From assembly GCA_963697795.1 (NCBI GenBank), contig OY969097.1, positions 3,138,972 through 3,202,971 on the forward strand: DNA of 64,000 bases, given 5' to 3'. Source of the stretch: an uncultured Solirubrobacteraceae bacterium. Its GTDB lineage: Bacteria > Actinomycetota > Thermoleophilia > Solirubrobacterales > Solirubrobacteraceae. Within the stretch, counting starts at the first letter, position 1, and every line of letters begins with the position of its first letter. Of the stretch, positions 30,142 to 41,900 are shown in pieces. The translations under genes were made by a program, and so were the position numbers. The notes below the pieces were generated by a model. That model was not told the origin of the DNA, searched no databases, and was given only the letters and a program-made list of their open reading frames with translations.

Positions 30142-31125
30142 GTGGATCCCACCGACTTCATCTGGATGAACGGAGAATTCCTCGCCTGGGAGGACGCCAA
30201 GGTCCACGTCCTGACCCACGGCCTGCACTACGGCACGGGGGTCTTCGAGGGGGTGCGCTGTTACGAGACCGAGCTCGGACCTGCCGTGTTCCGCAACTCC
30301 GAGCACATCGAGCGCCTGCTGTGCTCTGCCGAGCTCTACTACATGCAGGTGCCTTTCAGCGCTGAGGAGCTGCGCTCGGCGACTTGTGAGCTGGTTGCCC
30401 GCAACGGGCTGAGCTCCTGCTACATCCGTCCGATCGTCTACCGCGGGTACGGGCAAATGGGGCTGAACCCTCTGGACTGCTGCGTGGATGTGACGATCGC
30501 CTGCTGGGAGTGGGGCGTCTACCTCGGCGAGGAGGGGCAGCGTGAGGGCGTGCGCGCGAAGGTCTCCTCGTGGCGGCGGCTCAGCCCGGACTCGCTGATC
30601 CCCCATGCGAAGGCCTCGGGTCAGTACCTCAACAGCGTCCTGGCCAAGATCGAGTCCTCCAAGGCAGGTTATGAGGAGGCGATCTTGCTCGACGACCACG
30701 GCTACGTCTGCGAGGGCACGGGCGAGAACATCTATCTCGTCCGCGACGGGAGGATCTTCACCCCCGGCCAGAGCAACTCGATCCTCGACGGGATCACCCG
30801 CCGCTCGGTCTTCCAGCTTGCAGGCGACCTCGGCTATGAGGTCCTCGAGCGCGACGTGGCCCGTGCCGAGCTGTACCTGGCCGATGAGGTCTTCATGTCG
30901 GGTACGGCCGCAGAGATCGTGCCCGTCCGCGAGATCGACGATCACCCGATTGGCTCGGGTCGACCGGGCGAGGTCACGAAGGTCCTGCAGAAGGCCTTCG
31001 AGGATGCGGTGCACGGTCGTAGCGAGCGCTATCGGGAGTGGCTCGACGTCGTGCGGCCGCAGCCGCTGCAGCCGGCTGCAGGCGACGGGCAGAGGCCGGC
31101 GGGCGCTCCCACGGCAGCCGGCTAG
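30142..31125 (+). CDS. ilvE: branched-chain-amino-acid aminotransferase
   Basis: 327 aa with HGLHYGTGVFEGVRCY, SCYIRPIVYRG, the PLP-lysine region KASGQYLNSVLAK, EGTGENIY and GITR. Fold-type IV class. Confidence 0.9.
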   Translation: MDPTDFIWMNGEFLAWEDAKVHVLTHGLHYGTGVFEGVRCYETELGPAVFRNSEHIERLLCSAELYYMQVPFSAEELRSATCELVARNGLSSCYIRPIVYRGYGQMGLNPLDCCVDVTIACWEWGVYLGEEGQREGVRAKVSSWRRLSPDSLIPHAKASGQYLNSVLAKIESSKAGYEEAILLDDHGYVCEGTGENIYLVRDGRIFTPGQSNSILDGITRRSVFQLAGDLGYEVLERDVARAELYLADEVFMSGTAAEIVPVREIDDHPIGSGRPGEVTKVLQKAFEDAVHGRSERYREWLDVVRPQPLQPAAGDGQRPAGAPTAAG

Positions 31126-31128
31126 GCG

Positions 31129-32760
31129 GTGTCGACCGTGGAGATATACGACGCCACCCTGCGGGACGGCATGGGCGGCGGCGGCATGACGCTGACGGCC
31201 GGCGAGCGTCTGCGCGTCGTACGGGCTCTTGACCAGCTGGGCGTGGACCTGATAGAGGCCGGCTTTCCCGCCTCCAACCCCAAGGAGCAGGAGCTCTTCG
31301 AGCTGCTGGCGGAAGAGTCCCTTCAGAGCGCCGAGATCGTCGCCTTCGGTATGACCCGTAGGCGTGACGTCGCCGCTGAGCACGACGAGGGACTGCGAGT
31401 TCTGGCCGAGTCCTTCGTGCCCGTCTGCACGCTCGTGGGCAAGGCCTCAGTGCTTCACGTCGAGAAGGTCGTGAAGGCCACACGTGAGGAGAACCTGGCC
31501 ATGATCGCCGACTCGATCGCCTTCCTGGCCGGGCAGGGCAAGCGTGTCCTGCTGGACGCAGAGCACTTCTTCGACGGTTTCGCGCTGGATCCGGGCTACT
31601 CCCTCGACTGCCTGCGGGCAGCGGCTGAGGCCGGCGCCGAGCGGCTCGTGCTCTGCGACACCAACGGGGGCAGCCTGCCGCCGCAGATCCGCACCGCCCT
31701 CGCTGTCGTGACGGAAGCGCTGCCGGGGGTCGCGTTGGGCATTCACGCGCATGACGACTCGGGCTGCGGCGTCGCCAACACGCTGACAGCGGTGGAATGC
31801 GGAGCCACCCAGGTGCAGGGCACGATCAACGGGATCGGAGAGCGCACCGGCAACGCCAACCTCGTCACGATCATCGCTGACCTGCAGCTGAAGATGGGCT
31901 GCAGGGTGCTCTCAGACGAGCAGCTTGGCGGTCTCACCGCGACGGCCCATTTCGTCGATGAGCTGCTCAACAGGGTCCCCGATCCCTCCCAGCCCTACGT
32001 AGGCAAGCACGCCTTCGCCCACAAGGCGGGATTGCACGCGGCCGGCATCCAGTCGGACGCGAGCACCTTCGAGCACGTCGACCCTGCGCTCGTCGGCAAC
32101 GGGCGCGAGGTCCTGGTCTCCGAGCTTGCGGGGCGGGCCAGCATCATCGAGAAGGCCGAGCAGGCGGGGATCCGGTCTGATCTGAGCCTTCATGAGCTCG
32201 CCAGGCGCATGCTCGAGCAGATCAAGGCGCTCGAGCATGAGGGTTTTCAGTTCGAGGCCGCCGACGGATCGCTCGAGCTGCTGATGCGCAGGGAGGCGGG
32301 CGTCTACGAGCCACTGTTCCGGCTGGAGTCCTGGCGTGTGATCGTCGAGAAGCGGGCAGACGGGAGGGTCGAGACCGAGGCGACGGTCAAGATCTGGGTT
32401 GGCGCCGAACGCTACGTGCGTACGGCTGAGGGCAACGGGCCCGTGAACGCGCTTGACAAGGCGCTGCGTGAGGCGATCGGGGAGATCCACCCCCACCTGC
32501 GCGCCATCGAGCTCGTCAACTTCAAGGTGAGGATCCTCGACGAGGCCAAGGGCACAGGCGCGATCACGAGGGTCCTGATCGACGCCTCCGACGGCCGGCA
32601 TATGTGGGGATCCATCGGTGTCTCCGAGAACGTGATAGCGGCGTCCTGGGACGCCTTGGTCGATTCGCTCGAGTACGGCATGCAGAAGGCCTCGGGCTCC
32701 CGAACCGAGGAGGACGGCCGGGAGTCGGCGAGGGCACTGCCCGCACGCGGACAGGCATAG
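31129..32760 (+). CDS. cimA: citramalate synthase / LeuA-family synthase
   Basis: GTG start. VEIYDATLRDGMGGGGMTL, GIHAHDDSGCGVANTLTAV, GIGERTGNANL and HKAGLHA. The C-terminal LeuA_dimer-like domain and overall length fit CimA-type enzymes. Confidence 0.75.
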   Translation: MSTVEIYDATLRDGMGGGGMTLTAGERLRVVRALDQLGVDLIEAGFPASNPKEQELFELLAEESLQSAEIVAFGMTRRRDVAAEHDEGLRVLAESFVPVCTLVGKASVLHVEKVVKATREENLAMIADSIAFLAGQGKRVLLDAEHFFDGFALDPGYSLDCLRAAAEAGAERLVLCDTNGGSLPPQIRTALAVVTEALPGVALGIHAHDDSGCGVANTLTAVECGATQVQGTINGIGERTGNANLVTIIADLQLKMGCRVLSDEQLGGLTATAHFVDELLNRVPDPSQPYVGKHAFAHKAGLHAAGIQSDASTFEHVDPALVGNGREVLVSELAGRASIIEKAEQAGIRSDLSLHELARRMLEQIKALEHEGFQFEAADGSLELLMRREAGVYEPLFRLESWRVIVEKRADGRVETEATVKIWVGAERYVRTAEGNGPVNALDKALREAIGEIHPHLRAIELVNFKVRILDEAKGTGAITRVLIDASDGRHMWGSIGVSENVIAASWDALVDSLEYGMQKASGSRTEEDGRESARALPARGQA

Positions 32761-33899
32761 TGCTCGATGAGCCGATCCCGCTGGCCCGCCCGGTGTTGGG
32801 TGGGCAGGAGGAGCAGGCCGTCATCGAGGTCCTGCGCTCGGGGCAGCTCTCACTCGGGCCTCGCCTGGCGGAGTTCGAGGCGCTGTTCGCCGCCAGGATC
32901 GGCGCAGAGCACGCCAGCGCCGTCTCGAGCGGCACGGCCGGTTTGCATCTCGCGCTGCGGGCGATAGGCGTCGAAGACGGCGACGAGGTGATCACGAGCC
33001 CGCTGTCCTTCGTCGCCTCGGCCAACGTGATGCTCTACGAGCGTGCCGTCCCGGTGTTCGCCGACATCGACCCGATCACGCTCAACCTCGACCCGGCGGC
33101 CGCAGAGGCGGCAATCACGGCCAGGACGAAGGCGATTCTCCCGGTGCATCTGTTCGGATATCCGGCGGACATGCCCGCATTTGAGGCGATCGCCGGGCGC
33201 CATGATCTCGCCGTGCTCGAGGACGCCTGCGAGGCGCTGGGGGCACGCCACGCCGACGGAACCCAGGTCGGCGGGCGCGGACACCCCGCGGTCTTCGGCT
33301 TCTACGCCAACAAGCAGATGACGACCGGCGAGGGGGGCATGGTGACGATGGGAGACCTGAGCCTCAAGGAGCGCATCGACTCCGAGCGAAACCAAGGCCG
33401 GGCGGCGGACATGGGGTGGCTCGATCACGACAGGCTGGGCTTCAACTACCGCCTCTCCGAGCTGGCCTGCGCGCTCGGGATCGTTCAGCTCCAGCGCCTG
33501 GACGGGATGCTGCGGGAGCGAAGGAGCCTAGCGGCGCTCTATCGTTCCGCTCTCGAGGGCATCGAGGGTCTCGATCTGCCTTGTGAGGACCAAGCCGGAA
33601 ACGTCCGTGGCTGGTTCGTATTCGTAGTGCAGCTGCCGGCGGGCGTCGATCGCGACGAGGCAGTCGTGCGGCTGGCGGTCGAGGGCATACAGAGCAAGCC
33701 CTACCTGCCGGCGATACACCTGATGAGCTTCTACAGCGCTCGGTTCGGGCATCGCGAGGGTGAGTTCCCGGTCTGCGAGGCGACGGCTGCGCGCTCGCTG
33801 GCGTTGCCGTTCTTCCCGGGAATGACCGCTGGCCAGGTAGAACGGGTAAGTGCGGCTCTCAAAACGCTCTGCGAGGCGTCGGACGGCGCCTCGGGTTAG
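32760..33899 (+). CDS. DegT/DnrJ/EryC1/StrS-family PLP-dependent aminotransferase
   Basis: The GTG start overlaps the cimA stop by 1 nt. Sequence IPLARPVLGGQEEQAVIEVLRSGQLSLGPRLAEFEALFAARIG...FGFYANKQMTTGEGGMV...GFNYRLSELACALG. Confidence 0.85.
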   Translation: MLDEPIPLARPVLGGQEEQAVIEVLRSGQLSLGPRLAEFEALFAARIGAEHASAVSSGTAGLHLALRAIGVEDGDEVITSPLSFVASANVMLYERAVPVFADIDPITLNLDPAAAEAAITARTKAILPVHLFGYPADMPAFEAIAGRHDLAVLEDACEALGARHADGTQVGGRGHPAVFGFYANKQMTTGEGGMVTMGDLSLKERIDSERNQGRAADMGWLDHDRLGFNYRLSELACALGIVQLQRLDGMLRERRSLAALYRSALEGIEGLDLPCEDQAGNVRGWFVFVVQLPAGVDRDEAVVRLAVEGIQSKPYLPAIHLMSFYSARFGHREGEFPVCEATAARSLALPFFPGMTAGQVERVSAALKTLCEASDGASG

Positions 33900-33968
33900 C
33901 CTGGGAATATGAGTGGGCTCGCCGTGGTTGACGGCGAGCCCACTGTCAGCCTCTGCTCCCGTTGGGGA

Positions 33969-34907
33969 TCAGAATTTTTCGCTTGCGATCACTGCGGATG
34001 CTTCCGCGGACTTCAGCGTCCCGGTGAGGATCGCGGTGTTGTGGCCGCTTGCCGAGGGCAAACCGAGTTTGCTGTCGACGAGCGGGTCGATGATGAAGGA
34101 GAAGAATTCGCCACAGCCCGACGCGGCAGGCGCGGAGTACGCGTTGTCTACCAGCGAGTTTTCTGACAGTACGCTGAGTTCGTACCCTTTTTCTTCTTCT
34201 TCTGAGATTTTCCCGCGGTTGCCTTTGATCGGTTTGTTCGGCGGCGGCGGGGCCGTCGTACCCGTCGTCAGGTGCAGCGAGACGGGGCTGCTTTCAGACC
34301 CGATGTAGCACGAGTTCCCCAGCAGCGGGTTTTTCAAGTGCACCCGAACCGGAAGGGTCAGAGCCGTGCCTTCTTCGAAGACGAGGTTCGAAAGGTTCAG
34401 AATGGCGGGATCTTTTTCGTTGGCCACGAGTTCCGTGGTCGCTGTCACGCCGGTCGTTTTGTTTTCGAAGATCGCTTTGCACAGGCCGCGGACGGCTTTT
34501 TCAAACAGGCCTTCGCCTTTGATTTCTTCGCAATTGACGATGTCGAGCAGCCCGCCCGGCACGTTCAGTTCGGTTTTGGACAGGCTTTCGCCGTTCTTCG
34601 CGGGCACCAGGAAGTATTCGTTGAGGTGCACACCCGTCGGGATACCGCCGCCCTGAAGCGTGATCGTTTTGTTGATCGGTACTTTCGTGCTACCGATCGA
34701 GAATTCGCCGCTCGTCGTCTGCGCATACTGGCAAAGTGCCACACCGGGCACTTCCGTCGGACACTGCGCAAAGATGGAGAAGATGCCTTTCGGCGCAGCT
34801 GCCGCCGAGCCGGCCCCCACCATCAGGATCACGCTAGCAAGCGCACCGACCGCCGCTGCGGAAAGCACACGGTGCGGCAAGCGCCCGTGGCGTCTAAATC
34901 TACTCAT
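33969..34907 (-). CDS. secreted protein of unknown function (cassette protein A, copy 2)
   Basis: MSRFRRHGRLPHRVLSAAAVGALASVILMVGAGSAAAA, then PKGIFSIFAQCPTEVPGVALC. Collinear with 17814..18743 to the shared C-terminus ...VIASEKF. Confidence 0.7.
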   Translation of the reverse strand: MSRFRRHGRLPHRVLSAAAVGALASVILMVGAGSAAAAPKGIFSIFAQCPTEVPGVALCQYAQTTSGEFSIGSTKVPINKTITLQGGGIPTGVHLNEYFLVPAKNGESLSKTELNVPGGLLDIVNCEEIKGEGLFEKAVRGLCKAIFENKTTGVTATTELVANEKDPAILNLSNLVFEEGTALTLPVRVHLKNPLLGNSCYIGSESSPVSLHLTTGTTAPPPPNKPIKGNRGKISEEEEKGYELSVLSENSLVDNAYSAPAASGCGEFFSFIIDPLVDSKLGLPSASGHNTAILTGTLKSAEASAVIASEKF

Positions 34908-35152
34908 CGCTGTATGCCCACTTTCGTTGTGTTGGATCAACCCGTCAGCGATACATGGTCCGACAAGGCAGAACAGCCTCACCGGACTGCTACGAACGCA
35001 ACGTAGCCGGAGGTCAAGCGGGCCGACAACATCTGTCTCCGACTGGGCGCACCACCATCGGTAGCGGAACGCAACGGCTGCAAGGCATGTTTCCTACTGC
35101 GAGGGCGCGGCGAACTCTCGACCCATCGAATGGGGGCCGCCCAACGGGCTAT

Positions 35153-38100
35153 ATGCTGATGACCATGCTGACATCCAGACTCGGTGGCTCATGCCCCATC
35201 GCGGCACGTGCCTGCGAACACGCGGTTCGACTCGCTCTTGTTTGTGTTTTGGTGGTTGTGTGGTGTTGTGTGTGGTGTGGGGTGGTGTGGGGTTTTCGTG
35301 GGCATGAACGGGTTGCTGGTGGTGTGTTTGGGGTTTCTGGGTCTGGGGTGTTGGAGTTGGATGAACCGGTGGGTGTGGCGGTGGATGAAGGGTCGGGTGT
35401 GGTGTATGTGGTGGATCGTGCTGGTGGTCGGGTTGAGGTGTTTGATGGTGTGGCGGGGGATATTGGTGCGTTGGTTGGTAGGGGTTTGGCGTCTGGTGAA
35501 TTTGATGGTAGTGGGTTGTTGGGTGAAGGGGTGGAGGCTGGTGGTGGTGGGTTAGCGGGTGAAGTGGTGACGGGTCGGTTTGTGGATCCGTCGGGGGTGG
35601 CGGTTGATAATGGGTGTCGTGATCATCGTCCTGAACCGTTGTCGGGTGCGGCGTGTGAAGCGTTTGATCCTTCGAATGGTGATGTGTATGTGTTGGATTC
35701 GGGTCATGAGGTGGTGGATAAGTACACGGCGTCGGGGCGTTATGTGGGTCAGATCAACGCGGGAACGTTGGGTGTGACGGAACTGCATGCCATTCAGGGG
35801 GTGGCGGTTGAAGGTGATGGCGATCTTCTGGTGAGTACGTATACGGCGTTCGCGGAGGAGGCGTCCGGGGAAGGTGTGTTCCGGTTGTCTGATGGTGTGC
35901 GGAATGTGGTGTTGGGGTCTGGTGTGCCGACGGGGTTTACGGAGGCGGCGCAGTTAGGGTTTGTTGAAGGTGGGTTGGGTGCGGCGGGTGGTCGGGTGTT
36001 TGTGCCGCAGGGTTTTGCGGAAAAGGATGTGGCGGTTTGGGATTTGGCGGGGGGGTTTGTTGAAACGTTGGGTACGGGGCATGTTGTGGGGTTGGTGGGT
36101 GAGGTGTGTACGGGGGATGTGTATGTGGATGTGCGTGAAGCTGGTGTGGTGAGGCGGTTTGGGGTTGGTGGGGGGTTGGTTGAAGAATTGGTTGCTGGTG
36201 GTGGTGGTGGGGTTGGTGTTGATTGTGTTGGGTCGGGGGGGACGGTGTTTGTGGCGTTACCGTCTGGTGGGGTTGTGGCGGTGTATGGGCCTGAAGCGCC
36301 GAAAGCTCCTTTGGTGTCGGGGTTGGCGGTGTCGGGTGTGACCGCGGGGTCGGTGCGGTTTAGCGCGGAAGTTGATCCGCGTAGTGAAGTGGGTGAAGCG
36401 GCGACTGAGTTTGTGGTGGAATATGGGTTATGTCCGGCGGTGGGGTCGTGTGAAGGTGTGGGGTTTGAACAGGAACGTTCGTTGACGGGTAGTGTGGGTG
36501 CGGTGTTTGAAGGTGTGGTTGTGTCGCGTGAAGTGTCTGGGTTGGTGGCGGGGGGGCGGTATCATTTCCGGGTTGGTGCTCGGAATTCGCATAGTGTTGG
36601 TGGTTTGTCTGGTGAATATTCGTATGGTGTGGGGGAGGATGCTGAACGGGTGTTCGTGATGGAGGGTTTGTCGTCTGGTGGTGGGGCGGGGTTGTTGGAT
36701 GGGCGTGGTTGGGAACTTGTGTCGCCGGTGGATAAGAATGGTGCGCTGGTTTTGCCGGTGCTTGAAACGGGGTTGATTGAGGCGGCGGCGGGTGGTGGGG
36801 CGTTTACGTATTTGGCTTCGACGGCGACTGAAGCTGGGGCGTTGGGTAATTCGAATAAGATGCAGGTGTTGGCGCGGCGTGGGTCGGGTGGTTGGGCGTC
36901 GTGTGATGTGGGGTTGCCGAATGGTGAAGCGACGGGCGTGTCGGTTGGGCAGGGGCAGGAGTATCAGGGGTTCAGCGCGGATTTGGGGACGGGTTTGGCG
37001 CGGCCGTTGGGGCGGGTCGTGCGGGGTCTTGTGGGTGGGGAGCGGGAAGTGAGCCCGTTGCGGGTGGGGTTCTCGGGGGCGTGCGGGGCGGGGGGGCTGT
37101 CTTATGATGCGTTGTTGTCGGGGTGTCCGTTGACGGGTGAATGTGAAGCTGTGGTGCGGGAACACGCGGATGTCGAACCGGGCATCGAAGTCGCCGAGGA
37201 AGGTTTGTGCGCGCATGAAGTGCCGTTTTGTGATGGGGAACCGTTAGCGGCTAATGAATCGTTGTCGGGGGTGGTGTTGCGTTCGATGACGCCGTTGGTC
37301 GCGGGCGCGCCGGTGGAAGCGTTGTATGAGCCTTATGGTGGGCGGGTGTATCCGGTCAGCGTGAGACCGAACGGGACGGTGGTGGGTACTGTCGCGCATG
37401 AGCCGGTGGCGGGGACGCAGGCGAATGGTAGTGCGTTGCGTGGCGCGGTCTCAGCGGATGGTTCGCGGGTGGTGTGGTCAGAAGAAGTGCCGAATGGGCA
37501 TTTGTTTGTGTGGGATCGTGGGTTGGAACGGAGTGTGCAGGTGGATGTGGTGCAGGCGGGTGGGTCGGGGACAGGGCCTGTTGGGGCTGTTTTCCAGTAC
37601 ATGACCGGGGATGGGTCGAGGGTGTTTTTCACGGATACGCAGCAGTTGACGGCGGGGTCTGGTGCTGAAAATGATTCGCCGGATTTGTATGTGTGTGAAG
37701 TGGTGGTGGAAGGTTCGTCGGGGAAGTGTGTTGTAAGGGATTTGACGCCGATGGTGGGTGGGCAGCATGCGGATGTGTTGGGGCAGGTGATCGGCGGCTC
37801 GGAATCGGGCGGGTTAGTGTATTTCGTAGCGAATGGTGAGTTGACGAAAACACCGTCCGCGTCGGGAGAAGAACCGGTCGCGGGAGGGTGCCGGTTGGAA
37901 TCGTCGCCGGGGAAGTTGTGTGATTTGTATGTGTGGAGTGAAGGTGCCGCGGAACCGGTGTTGGTGGGTGTGCTGTCGGGTGAAGACGTGGATGATTGGG
38001 GTGGCGGTAGCGAGCAGTTGACGAATTTGACGGGGCGGGTCGCGGGTGGGGGTGAATGGTTGGTGTTTATGTCGGATCGGTCGTTGACGGGTTATGACAC

Positions 38101-38965
38101 GCGGGATGCGGTCGTTTCGGGGGTGCGTGATGAGGAGGTGTATGAGTACAGGTTCGGGGGCGGGTTGGTGTGTGTGTCGTGTGATCCGTCTGGTGAACGG
38201 CCGCATGGGGTGGAATACGCGAAGTTGAACGAAGGTGCGGCGGTGGGTACTGGCGTGTGGCCGCTTGGGGCGCGGCTGGCGGGGTTTGTGCCGGGGTGGG
38301 TTCCGTATCGGCTTGCGCAGTCGTTTTATCAGTCGAGGTTTTTGGGTGGGTCGGGGCGGGTGTTTTTTGATTCGTCTGATGGTTTGGTGGCTGGTGATAG
38401 TGATGGTGTGGTTGATGTGTATGAGTTTGAGCCGGTTGGGGTGGGTTCGTGTCGGGTGGGTGGTGTGGGGTTCGTGGCGGTTGATGATGGTTGTTTGGGG
38501 TTGGTGTCGTCGGGTGAAAGTGGTCAGGAATCAGGGTTTTTGGATGCGTCTGAATCTGGTGATGAAGTGTTCTTTTTGACTACTTCTCGGTTGTCGGGGC
38601 GTGATAGGGACACGGCGTATGATGTGTATGATGCGCGTGTGGGTGGCGGGGAACCCGTGCTGTCGGGGGTTGGTGTGTGTGGGGGTGGGTTTTGTCAGGA
38701 ACCGGCTGGGGAACCGTCGGCTCCGGTGGCGGGGTCGGAGGGGTTTGAAGGGCCGGGTAGTCCGTTGGTGGAAGCGATCGTGCCGCCGGTGAAGGTGTTG
38801 ACGCGGGCGCAGAAGTTGAAGGCCGCGTTGAAGGCGTGTGGTAGGGATCGTGTGAAGCGTAAGCGGGTGGTGTGTGAACGTGGTGCGCGTAGGCGGTATG
38901 GGCCGGTGAAGAAGAAGAAGGGTGTGCGAGGGGCGTCTGTGGTGCGGGTTGGGGGGCGAGGCTGA
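35153..38965 (+). CDS. large V/G-rich NHL/PD40-like repeat protein (cassette protein B, copy 2)
   Basis: Near-identical to 19089..22850 from VCVLVVVWCCVWCGVVW onward, except for a few clustered divergent patches. The N-terminus differs, so the start (ATG 35153/35159/35165) is uncertain. Confidence 0.7.
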   Translation: MLMTMLTSRLGGSCPIAARACEHAVRLALVCVLVVVWCCVWCGVVWGFRGHERVAGGVFGVSGSGVLELDEPVGVAVDEGSGVVYVVDRAGGRVEVFDGVAGDIGALVGRGLASGEFDGSGLLGEGVEAGGGGLAGEVVTGRFVDPSGVAVDNGCRDHRPEPLSGAACEAFDPSNGDVYVLDSGHEVVDKYTASGRYVGQINAGTLGVTELHAIQGVAVEGDGDLLVSTYTAFAEEASGEGVFRLSDGVRNVVLGSGVPTGFTEAAQLGFVEGGLGAAGGRVFVPQGFAEKDVAVWDLAGGFVETLGTGHVVGLVGEVCTGDVYVDVREAGVVRRFGVGGGLVEELVAGGGGGVGVDCVGSGGTVFVALPSGGVVAVYGPEAPKAPLVSGLAVSGVTAGSVRFSAEVDPRSEVGEAATEFVVEYGLCPAVGSCEGVGFEQERSLTGSVGAVFEGVVVSREVSGLVAGGRYHFRVGARNSHSVGGLSGEYSYGVGEDAERVFVMEGLSSGGGAGLLDGRGWELVSPVDKNGALVLPVLETGLIEAAAGGGAFTYLASTATEAGALGNSNKMQVLARRGSGGWASCDVGLPNGEATGVSVGQGQEYQGFSADLGTGLARPLGRVVRGLVGGEREVSPLRVGFSGACGAGGLSYDALLSGCPLTGECEAVVREHADVEPGIEVAEEGLCAHEVPFCDGEPLAANESLSGVVLRSMTPLVAGAPVEALYEPYGGRVYPVSVRPNGTVVGTVAHEPVAGTQANGSALRGAVSADGSRVVWSEEVPNGHLFVWDRGLERSVQVDVVQAGGSGTGPVGAVFQYMTGDGSRVFFTDTQQLTAGSGAENDSPDLYVCEVVVEGSSGKCVVRDLTPMVGGQHADVLGQVIGGSESGGLVYFVANGELTKTPSASGEEPVAGGCRLESSPGKLCDLYVWSEGAAEPVLVGVLSGEDVDDWGGGSEQLTNLTGRVAGGGEWLVFMSDRSLTGYDTRDAVVSGVRDEEVYEYRFGGGLVCVSCDPSGERPHGVEYAKLNEGAAVGTGVWPLGARLAGFVPGWVPYRLAQSFYQSRFLGGSGRVFFDSSDGLVAGDSDGVVDVYEFEPVGVGSCRVGGVGFVAVDDGCLGLVSSGESGQESGFLDASESGDEVFFLTTSRLSGRDRDTAYDVYDARVGGGEPVLSGVGVCGGGFCQEPAGEPSAPVAGSEGFEGPGSPLVEAIVPPVKVLTRAQKLKAALKACGRDRVKRKRVVCERGARRRYGPVKKKKGVRGASVVRVGGRG

Positions 38966-41900
38966 TGCTTGCGGGACTGTCAGCGGGTAGTGAGGGTGGC
39001 GTGAGGTGTGGTGTTGGTGGTGTGGTTGTGTGGCGTGTTGTGGTGTTGGTGGTGTGTGTGGTGGTGTTGGGGTTGTGTGTGGGGGTTGGTGTTGGTTGGG
39101 GTGCGGGTGGTTCGGTGGGTTGGTGGCGGTTGGGTGTTGGTGCGAGGCCGGTGGTGTTGGGTGTTGGTAGTGAAGGTGAGGTTGTGGGGTTTGCTGAGAA
39201 TGTTGGGTATGGTCCGGTTGATGGTGGGATTGTGCCGGTGAGGGTTGGGATGGTGTTGCCGGCTGGGTTGAGGGCGGTTGGCGTGGCTGGTGCGGTCCCG
39301 TTTGCGAATACTCAGACGGTGGTGCCGGGTTGTAAAGTGCTGGCGGGTGGTGGGGAAGTGTTGTGTGAATTTGAAGGTGGGTTGCCTGCTTTTGACGGGA
39401 TCGAAGTGCGGGTGAAGGTGGATGTTGAAAGTGTGGTGTCGGGGAAGGTTGGGTTGGTGGTGTCGGGTGGGGAAGTGTCGGGAGCGGAAGTGCAGCGCGG
39501 AGTGAGGGTGGGGTCTGAAGAACCGGCGTTTGGGGTTGAAGAATTCGGGTTGGCGTTGGAAGAAGCTGGTGGCGGCCCGGTGTCGCAGGCGGGCGCGCAT
39601 CCGTTTCAGATGACGGCGTCGGTTGCGGTGAATTCGGGGCCTGATCCGGGTTCGCTTGCGGAAAAGCCCGGGCAGCAGCCGGTGGTGTTGCCGAAGGATA
39701 TTGTGACGGGGTTGCCGGCGGGTTTGGTGGGTGACCCGAACGGGGTGCCGACGTGCAGTCTCGCTGATTTTTTGCGGATCGTGAATAATGTGGATTTGTG
39801 TACGGCCGCGACGCAGGTTGGGGTTGTGTCCACGACCGCGAATGTGAAGAGCGCGATCGGGTCCGCGACGTTCGTGTTGCCGTTGTTCAATCTCGAACGT
39901 GGTCCGGGGGAGCCGGCACGGTTCGGGTTCATGATCCCTGAAGACAAACTGCCGGTCGTGCTTGACCCGCAGTTGCGTGATGAAAAGGGCGGGGATTATG
40001 GGATCGATGTGCACGCGAGCGATTTGTCCCAGACGGGTGGTGTGACGTCCGCGAGGGTGACGGTGTGGGGTGCTCCGGGTGATCCGCGTCATGATGCGGA
40101 GCGTGGCTGGTCTTGTATTTATGTGTTGAACGGTACGCCGCCGCCGAGCCCGTGCGAGATCCCCGAAGGCGAAAGCAATACGGCGTTCTTGCGGTTGCCG
40201 ACGCAGTGCGAAACGCTGCCGGAATTCACGTTGCGGGCGGACTCGTGGGATAAACCGGGCGAGTTTCTGTCGTTCACGCCTGATGAACCGTTGCCGTTGT
40301 TCACGGGTTGTAACCGGTTGCAGTTCGCGCCGAGCGTGAGCGTGCTGCCGTCGACGAGCACGGCCGGGGCCGCGTCGGGTTTGGATGTGACCGTGGAAGA
40401 CCACAACGAAGGGTTGACGGCCGGGGAAGGCCGCTCGCAGTCGGATGTGAAGGACACCACGATCACGCTGCCGGAAGGCATGACGGTCAACCCGTCCGCG
40501 GGCAACGGGCTGGGCGCATGCTCCCAGGAACAGTTCGAAGACGAAACGCTTGAGCGTCAGGAATGTCCGGCTGACTCGCAGATCGGGGAACTGGAAGTAG
40601 AAACCCCGCTTTTGAACAAGGTGTTGCACGGGGCGGTGTATGTCGCTGAACCGTATGGCAACCAGTTCCACTCGTTGCTCGCGATGTTCTTCGTGGTCAA
40701 GGACCCCGAAACCGGGGTACTGGTCCGGATCCCCGGAGAAGTCCAGGCCAACGAAACGACAGGGCAGCTGACAAGCACGATCAAGGACCTGCCCCAGCTG
40801 CCGTTCTCACGCGTCAGCGTGCACCTGCGCGAAGGACCCCTGGCACCGTTGATCACCCCGCCCGGATGCACCAGCGAAGCGCAGACCACCGGTGCGCTGA
40901 TCCCGTGGGCCAACCCGCAGAGCAGCACCCCGGTATCCACGAGCTTCCAGATCAACAACTGCCCCGGCAGCCCGTTCACCCCCGGCCTGACCGCGGGGAC
41001 CGAGAGCAACAGCGCGGGCTCGTTCAGCCCGCTCGTCCTGCGCCTGACGCGGAGTGACCGCGAAAACGAAATCTCGACGATCACGACCAGCCTGCCCGGC
41101 GGGCTCAGCGCCGATCTGAACGGTGTGCAGTTCTGCAGCCAGGCACAGATCGAAAACGCGCGGGCCGTCAGCGGCCTTCAAGAGAAAAACATGCCCTCCT
41201 GCCCGGCGGGCAGCCAACTCGGAGAAACGCTCGTCGGCAGCGGTGTCGGTGCCAGCCTGACCTACGTGCCCGGGAAAATCTATTTCGCAGGCCCCTACCG
41301 TGGCGCACCATTCTCGCTGGTCAGCATCACCCCCGCAGTCGTCGGCCCGTTCGACCTCGGAGATGTCGTGCTCAGATTCGCTTTGCAGATCAACCCCGAA
41401 ACCTCCGCGGCGACAGTCGAACCGACCCCCGGAGAACCATTGCCCCGGATCATCAAGGGCATCGTCACGCACGCCCGCGATATCCGCGTGATGATCACCC
41501 GGGCCGGGTTCACGCTGAACCCAACCAACTGCAACCCCACCCAGATCACCACCACGATCACAAGCACCCAAAACCAGACCAGCACCCCCACGGCCCGCTA
41601 CCAGGCAGCCAACTGTCCAGGCCTGAAATTCGCGACCAAACTCACCGCCAGCACCCAAGGCCAAACCTCCCGCGCCAACGGCGCAAGCCTGACCGTGCAC
41701 GTCAGCCAACCCAGCCTCCCCCTCGGCACCTTCACAAACCTCAAATCCGTAAAGACCGAAATCCCCAGAAGCCTCCCCGCACGCCTTGAAACCCTCAAAA
41801 AATCCTGCCCAGCCCCCACCTTCAACACCAACCCCGCCGGCTGCCCCAGCACAGCCATCGTCGGCCACGTAACCGCGAACAGCCCACTCGTCCCCGAACC